This document shows positions 58,412 through 64,000 of a stretch of DNA of 64,000 nucleotides, one piece after another. Where the stretch lies: NCBI GenBank assembly GCA_050949565.1, contig JBMNFY010000017.1, positions 128,001 to 192,000 on the forward strand, read 5' to 3'. Position numbers and translations under genes: made by a program. The DNA comes from Kiritimatiellia bacterium. Lineage in GTDB: Bacteria; Verrucomicrobiota; Kiritimatiellia; RFP12; UBA1067. Position 1 is the first letter of the stretch; every line of letters begins with the position of its first letter. Below the pieces are notes generated by a model that was not told where the DNA came from, ran no database searches, and saw only the letters and a program-made list of their open reading frames with translations.

Positions 58412-59881
58412 GTGTTCTATCGTATTCAAGTGTATGTGATGCTAGCGGCGTTGGTGCTGTTGTCCGGGTGTGCGGAGCGTGCGAAAAAGCCGTCGGGCGA
58501 AAGCATGGACCGTTTCTACACGGTGCGGCGCGGAAGTTTCAACGTCGCGTTCCGGCTTGAGGGCCAGCTTGACGCCATCAGTAGCCAGCAACTGCGGTTT
58601 GACGGCAAGCGCGGTCACGGGCAACTCAAGCTGGTGGAGTTGGTGCCGGACCGTACGATGGTCGCTTCGAATGATGTGATCTTCAAGCTGTCGGACGAAT
58701 GGTTTGTCGAACAGGAGAAGGATCTCACCCGCAAACTACAACTGGCGGAAGAGGATTACAAACTGGCACTGCAAGATCTGGAGATGATCCGGGCGGACAA
58801 TCTGACCGAGTTGAAATCGACGGTAGATGCGCTTCGCGACGCCCAGGAACAATATGAAAAATATAAGGACGAGGATGCGCCGCGCAAGAAGAAGGATCTG
58901 GTACAGGCCACGCAGGACGCCTCGACCGTATACGATAGCGCCAAACTAGCGCTGGACGATGCCAAAAAAACGCTGACGGATGCAATTTCTCAGGAGCCCG
59001 AGGCAGTCGCGGCCGCTGAGAAAAAAGTAGCCGACGCTGAAAAAGCTCTGTCCACGGCGGAGCAGGCGATGGACAAAGCCTTTTATACACTGCGCATCTT
59101 CAAACGTTACGAATATCCGCAACAGATCTCGAAGTTGGAAGAGACGGTGACAAAGAGCCAACTGGCCGTGCAGCGCATGATCGTGAACAACAATGCCAAA
59201 GTCAGCAAGAAGCGCATCGAAATCGCTAACCGAGAAACGTTGATTAACGATTACCGCAGTGAATTGCGGGATGTGCGGGAAGATATGGAAAAACTGGTGA
59301 TCCGTGCGCAGGCCGATGGCATGTTGATCCACGGCGAAAATCGGCGCAACCGTTGGGACACACCGAAGGAGATCAAGGTCGGCACAGATGTGAGCATCGG
59401 CGAAGCGATCGGCCTCATTCCGGATGTCAGTAAGTTCAAGGTTCAGGTCAATATCCCCGAGGAGTACCGCTCGCATGTCAAGATCGGCCTACCGGTGATG
59501 ATCCGCGCCAAGGCTGTACCGGACTTGACGTTGACCGGCGAGATCGTACGCATCTCGGGTGCCTCGACGCCGATTATTCCGTGGGATCAAAGCAGCCCCA
59601 AAGTCTATGCATCGGACATCTCCACGAACGAGGCAGATGAACGGCTCACGCCGGGCATGACGGTACAGGTCGAGATCGTTGTCGAGAAGGTTGAGAACGT
59701 GCTCTATGTGCCGGTCGAAGGCATCTACAACCGCGACGGCAAGAGCTTCTGCAAGGTGCTGGCGGGCGACGTGCAGGTCGAGCGGGAGGTCAAAACCGGG
59801 CGCTTTTCAACGGATTACGTCGAGGTGACAGGCGGCGTCGAAGAGAACGATCAAGTGCTGCTCGATCGGCCTGCGGCGTAA
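58412..59881 (+). CDS. Periplasmic adaptor / membrane fusion protein (HlyD/MacA-like), lipoprotein
   Basis: Lipobox LSGC; long coiled coil; IRAQADG, LTPGMTVQVEI, VLYVPVE, VKTG...VEVTGG. Confidence 0.85.
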   Translation: MFYRIQVYVMLAALVLLSGCAERAKKPSGESMDRFYTVRRGSFNVAFRLEGQLDAISSQQLRFDGKRGHGQLKLVELVPDRTMVASNDVIFKLSDEWFVEQEKDLTRKLQLAEEDYKLALQDLEMIRADNLTELKSTVDALRDAQEQYEKYKDEDAPRKKKDLVQATQDASTVYDSAKLALDDAKKTLTDAISQEPEAVAAAEKKVADAEKALSTAEQAMDKAFYTLRIFKRYEYPQQISKLEETVTKSQLAVQRMIVNNNAKVSKKRIEIANRETLINDYRSELRDVREDMEKLVIRAQADGMLIHGENRRNRWDTPKEIKVGTDVSIGEAIGLIPDVSKFKVQVNIPEEYRSHVKIGLPVMIRAKAVPDLTLTGEIVRISGASTPIIPWDQSSPKVYASDISTNEADERLTPGMTVQVEIVVEKVENVLYVPVEGIYNRDGKSFCKVLAGDVQVEREVKTGRFSTDYVEVTGGVEENDQVLLDRPAA

Positions 59882-60610
59882 TCAAACAATGAGCCCGCGC
59901 TGGCGGAAAATCGTGCGGGCTGCGTCCATCTGTTCGTCGGTCGGCGGTTGGACATCAGTCAAGACATAGGGACAGCCGAGCGCCTTCCACTTGTACTCGC
60001 CCATCTTGTGAAACGGCAGCAGTTCGATCTTGCAGATGCAACTGAAGCGTAGCAGATAGTCGGCGAGCCGTTCCAACCGCGCGCTGTCCAATGTGTATCC
60101 GGGCACCAGCACATGCCGGATCCAGACCGCCTTGTGCGTGGTCTCACAATACTCCAGCGTCGCCAGCGTATTGGCGGAACTGCGGCCGGTCAGCGGCTCA
60201 CAGAGGTCATCCTCAAGTGCCTTGATATCCAGCAACACCAGATCCGCACGATCAATCGCCGGGGCGGCGCGCACCAGCGGCACAGCACCGGAGGTGTCCA
60301 ACGCGCTGTGCAGCAGATGCTCGCGACAGCCGTCGAGCACCTCGCAGGCGAACGCGGGCTGCAACAACGGTTCGCCGCCGGAGAGCGTGACACCGCCACG
60401 CGCGATAAAGGCGCGATAAGTAAGGATGTCGTCCATCACCTCGCCAGCACTCATGATGGTGCCGCCCGATTCGCTGCGTGCATCGGGATTATGGCAATAG
60501 AGACAACGCAGCGGGCAGCCCTGCAAGAAAAGCACATACCGGATGCCGGGGCCATCCAAGGTCCCGAACGATTCAATCGAATGGATACGGCCAGTGACAG
60601 AGGGATTCAT
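59882..60610 (-). CDS. pflA: Pyruvate formate-lyase activating enzyme (glycyl-radical activase, radical SAM)
   Basis: IHSIESFGTLDGPGIR, GCPLRCLYCHNPD, GGVTLSGGEP, DTSG, ELLPFHKMG. Confidence 0.9.
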   Translation of the reverse strand: MNPSVTGRIHSIESFGTLDGPGIRYVLFLQGCPLRCLYCHNPDARSESGGTIMSAGEVMDDILTYRAFIARGGVTLSGGEPLLQPAFACEVLDGCREHLLHSALDTSGAVPLVRAAPAIDRADLVLLDIKALEDDLCEPLTGRSSANTLATLEYCETTHKAVWIRHVLVPGYTLDSARLERLADYLLRFSCICKIELLPFHKMGEYKWKALGCPYVLTDVQPPTDEQMDAARTIFRQRGLIV

Positions 60611-60630
60611 GAGAAGTCGTCGGCGGTCGG

Positions 60631-61473
60631 TCAGCGTTGTTTCGGTGCGCAGCAACGCCGGATAAAATTCCGGAGCGGGATCAAGCCACCCTCGCCGACC
60701 GTGCCGTGATCAAGGCCACCCATTTCGTAAAATTCGACATGGGGATGACCAAGGTTTTTGAGACTGACAGCCAGCAAGGCGTTTTCCTCCACGCGGTTTT
60801 TGTACTCCAGCGCACGGTCACCGAGAATCAGGCAGATCGGCGGCAGATTGCCAGCACTGTGGTAGAGCGGGGCGAATTCATCAATCAGTGGACGCAACTC
60901 AGGACCGCTGTCGCCCAGCAGTTTTTTGACATGGAAGTGTGTAGTGACCTGACCGCTGATCGGGGCGATACCGGCGAGTTGCAGGTTTGAAAAACCGTGC
61001 GGCCTGAGCCAACGCGCATCCATGCCGATCATCGCCGAGAGGTAGCCGCCGGCCGAATGGCCTGAGACAAAAACTTTGTTGCTGTCGCCGCCATACTGCG
61101 CGATGTTGGACAAAACCCAAGCGGTAGCTGCGGCCGCGTCCTCCAGATAACCGGGATGCTTAACCTTGGGCGAAAGACGGTAACCCACGGCTGCAACCGC
61201 AATCGAGGGATCTTTCAGTTCGATGAAATGGCGGCGTCCGTGCTGCAAGCCGCCGCCGTGGAACCACACCACCGTGGCGAATCCTTTGCGATCAACGGGA
61301 TAGCGCAGATCAAGCCGGCATTGTGCGCGGCAATAATCGTCAGCTTTAGCCAGCATTTGCTCACTGTAATAGGCGATATTCGTAAGCGTGACCCTCTGGG
61401 GTGACGATTGCGCGACAGCAATAGAGAACGGCAAAACGAGTAGCCAGCAGAACAGCGTGATTAGGTTTCTCAT
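60631..61473 (-). CDS. Secreted alpha/beta hydrolase (esterase)
   Basis: Signal peptide; HGGG, YRLSP, GHSAG nucleophile elbow. Confidence 0.88.
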   Translation of the reverse strand: MRNLITLFCWLLVLPFSIAVAQSSPQRVTLTNIAYYSEQMLAKADDYCRAQCRLDLRYPVDRKGFATVVWFHGGGLQHGRRHFIELKDPSIAVAAVGYRLSPKVKHPGYLEDAAAATAWVLSNIAQYGGDSNKVFVSGHSAGGYLSAMIGMDARWLRPHGFSNLQLAGIAPISGQVTTHFHVKKLLGDSGPELRPLIDEFAPLYHSAGNLPPICLILGDRALEYKNRVEENALLAVSLKNLGHPHVEFYEMGGLDHGTVGEGGLIPLRNFIRRCCAPKQR

Positions 61474-61499
61474 GGTGGTGCTACAATAACATGCTCTCC

Positions 61500-62156
61500 C
61501 TACCGACGTCGAACAAATAGGTTATCGTCGACAACTACCTGATGAACACAAATTGTCATACACAAGAGCCCTAGTATGTCATGATCTTGATACTTTTCCG
61601 CCATGGACAAATAACCTGGAAGAAAACGACCGATGAAGTTCCTGCCAAACCCGAACTTCGACTGAAGTATCTCACTTAACTCCGCGCTCTTATACCGCCA
61701 ATCAACCAATTCAACCAGCTTTACTCCGTCATTGCGGACACAATCCGCGAGATAAACATAGCGGGTTTGCGACTCCCAACGAACAATCATCCTGTATCGA
61801 GGAGTCGTACACACGACCTTTGAATCGTCTGAATTCCGATGACATTCAATCGAAATGTTTTCGGGACCGAGCACCGTCTGGCCAGCGAAATCCGCCGCCT
61901 GAAAAACTTGATTGTCTTGGACCGGATTTATGAAGAACCTGATATCGGTTCCAGCAGAAGACACTTGGAAGTCATACACTTCTCGCTTCATCAGCGCGCA
62001 CTGTGAAAGGCATACCAAGGGTGCATCACGTCGTTCCGAGCCGACGAACAAGGCGATTTTTACGATCATATTCCCTTGTTTGAGAGCCCATCTGGTCTTC
62101 TGAAAAAGGGGCGTATTGCTCTCAATGTTAACGCGTGCTTCGATTTTGAGAGCCAT
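61500..62156 (-). CDS. Hypothetical protein, lower GC
   Basis: 218-aa ORF co-oriented with its neighbours; AT-richer; no recognised motif. Confidence 0.55.
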   Translation of the reverse strand: MALKIEARVNIESNTPLFQKTRWALKQGNMIVKIALFVGSERRDAPLVCLSQCALMKREVYDFQVSSAGTDIRFFINPVQDNQVFQAADFAGQTVLGPENISIECHRNSDDSKVVCTTPRYRMIVRWESQTRYVYLADCVRNDGVKLVELVDWRYKSAELSEILQSKFGFGRNFIGRFLPGYLSMAEKYQDHDILGLLCMTICVHQVVVDDNLFVRRR

Positions 62157-62168
62157 AAGAACGGTCTC

Positions 62169-64000
62169 CTACCGCACGAAGAGCACCGTGCCCTGGCTGG
62201 ATATCCAGTAACCGTCTGAACGCATGGACACGCGAGCATTGCCGGCACCCTGACCGCCCGAAACATGCCAAGTGGGCGTTGTGAGCGCCATGCCTGTAAA
62301 GCCAATCAGCTTCGCCTGTGAAGGAACAGGATCCAGCGCAAGGTTCACCGTGCCAAGCGCCACATCACCGTTCACATTGAAGAGCGTGCAGGAATCGGCA
62401 TTTGCATCATTCCATACGCGCGTCCAGTCCACCGTTCCCTCCGTGGCAAGGCCGCCGAGTGTCACCGTGTCCGCCGCATGGTCGAGGGTGGTGCCGTCCG
62501 CCATCGTCAGTATGGTTTCAGCGCCCAGCGTGGGCGCGGCAGCATAACCCGTGAGCCATGCGGGAGGCGTGGCGCTGCCCGTGCCCTTGTTCAACCACTT
62601 CTTGCGCAAGTAGGCGAAGAGTTCTGCCTCCTGATCGTGCGTGAGCGGCTGCGTGGTGGCGATGAGTTCGCCGATCTGGCCGTACCACATGCGATTTCTG
62701 GGGTCATCGTCTCCGTACCACTGCGGAGCACCATCCTTCATCAGGCGTCCGCCAAGTTGCACGAGATCGATATCGAGAGGTTCGCGGCCGCCCAAAACCA
62801 CTCCCCTCGGCACAGACGTCACGCTTGTTCCATTCGTCTCGTAGGCGACCAGCGCCGCATCGGCAACCGTATGAACCACGAAGAGGTATGGATCCCCTGT
62901 GATCGGGTTGCTAGTCCCCGGAGAACCGCCTGCGCCCTGTCCGTCATCCACGGTCATGTTCAACTCGTTATTCTCGGAGCAAAAACACACGCCCGGCTGC
63001 GCCTCCTCGGAAGCCGCCAACGTCGTGCGGGCGAAGGAGAAGGCACCACCCCATTTGCCGTATCCCCCGCCGCTATATCCTGTGGGGTGCAATGTCCATT
63101 GCGTCCGTTTGGCCGCCATGTAGATGTGGAGGGAGCGCGGCGAGGTCCGGTTCGTGTAGCTGTCGAGCGCGAGCGCCTGAGCGCCGCTGAACTGGAAGGT
63201 CGCGTTCCCGTTGATGCCGTCCGCTACGAGGGAGGGAGCGCCCGGCACCGTGGCCGTACTGCGTCCATTGATCGTAAAGCGACCTCCCGCAGCACCTTTG
63301 TTCACAAGGTTCGTCACAAGGTTGTTCGCATCAAGCGTATATGTGGAAGCGTCCGTCGCATCCACCCAGATGTCCACCTGAGGCGGCATCGCGTCCCGCG
63401 CGAACGCAATTCCACCGGCCGCGACATCCACATAGCCCGCGCCGGTAATCGCCCCGCCGAGGCGGAGCGTGCCCGCACCCGTTTTTGCGACATCCAGCGC
63501 CACGCCTTCCGTCGTCGTCCCCGCATTGAACGCGAGATGCGCCGTGGCGTTCTCCGGCACTTCCACGGCGAGCGTGCTCGCGAGCGCCTTTGCCTGCTCA
63601 TCCGACAGCGTGCCCGCACCGAACCACTTGCTCTGTAAGTAGGCGTAGATCGTCGCCGTCTCCTCCGCCGTCAGATCACGCGAAAACACGAGCACCTCGC
63701 CAATCTGACCGATGTACGCGCGATTGGACGTGTGGCCGGCTCCCAAAATCTGCGGCGCACCCGCACGTAAGCGCGCGCCGATGGCCGTAGCGTCGATGTC
63801 ACAGTTGCCCAAGCCCGCAGGCGTGTTCGTTGCGATCACATATCCGCCATCGCGCCACACGCCCGTATAGATGATCTTCCGCCCGCCATCACGTCCGGAG
63901 TGCGTGATGTAAGGCTCGCCCACCGTCAAGCCGGTGTTCAAGCTGGAGACACTGCCATCTTGAGAGTACGTGCTGAGAATAGAGAAATTCGCTGTATTGT
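62169..64000 (-). CDS. Large secreted/surface protein (LamG-like and autotransporter-associated beta-strand-like repeats), 5' end outside the window
   Basis: Frame open to the window edge; repeated G.IGE....L...E...YL..KW modules, KTGAGTL, WVDA.D; C-terminus SQGTVLFVR. Confidence 0.75.
   Translation of the reverse strand, partial: NTANFSILSTYSQDGSVSSLNTGLTVGEPYITHSGRDGGRKIIYTGVWRDGGYVIATNTPAGLGNCDIDATAIGARLRAGAPQILGAGHTSNRAYIGQIGEVLVFSRDLTAEETATIYAYLQSKWFGAGTLSDEQAKALASTLAVEVPENATAHLAFNAGTTTEGVALDVAKTGAGTLRLGGAITGAGYVDVAAGGIAFARDAMPPQVDIWVDATDASTYTLDANNLVTNLVNKGAAGGRFTINGRSTATVPGAPSLVADGINGNATFQFSGAQALALDSYTNRTSPRSLHIYMAAKRTQWTLHPTGYSGGGYGKWGGAFSFARTTLAASEEAQPGVCFCSENNELNMTVDDGQGAGGSPGTSNPITGDPYLFVVHTVADAALVAYETNGTSVTSVPRGVVLGGREPLDIDLVQLGGRLMKDGAPQWYGDDDPRNRMWYGQIGELIATTQPLTHDQEAELFAYLRKKWLNKGTGSATPPAWLTGYAAAPTLGAETILTMADGTTLDHAADTVTLGGLATEGTVDWTRVWNDANADSCTLFNVNGDVALGTVNLALDPVPSQAKLIGFTGMALTTPTWHVSGGQGAGNARVSMRSDGYWISSQGTVLFVR

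Noticed and set aside
1-64000. tRNA, rRNA, prophage or transposase genes
   Set aside because: None was recognisable by motif in this window.

Overview
GC-rich bacterial chromosomal window. The likely host is an anaerobic PVC-superphylum organism, Kiritimatiellia/Lentisphaeria-like; this is an inference from the gene repertoire, many Tat-signal sugar enzymes, GGAGTGCGG-type REPs and C-terminal GTxxxVR proteins. Energy and cofactor genes: an rnfABCDG operon lacking rnfE, a cobalamin-riboswitch-controlled btuBFCD uptake operon, and cobO. Carbohydrate genes: a Tat-exported TIM-barrel plus three Gfo/Idh/MocA oxidoreductases; a DeoR-associated sugar/polyol cluster (FGGY kinase, two SDRs, Zn-dehydrogenase, DeoC-like aldolase, SMP-30 propeller, atypical RpiB); and several CAZyme-like genes (DUF4091, DUF5005/4185-like, DUF4886, DUF4838, a GH2-like protein lacking its catalytic motifs, and two GT4s, one triply frameshifted). 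Housekeeping genes include folE, serC, ilvD, efpL/yeiP, a Nudix hydrolase, an HtrA protease and pflA. The right end holds a Zn-ribbon/PTS-EIIA fusion, a secretin, a membrane-fusion protein and a partial large surface protein. Intergenic regions are packed with mosaic REP-like and 7-9-mer repeats. The most unusual structure is an array at 19297-20955: ~300-bp direct repeats begin with GGAGAAACGGGGTCGT and abut truncated fragments of unrelated genes, which suggests a DNA-capturing or rearranging element. No rRNA, tRNA, CRISPR array, integrase or transposase was recognised.
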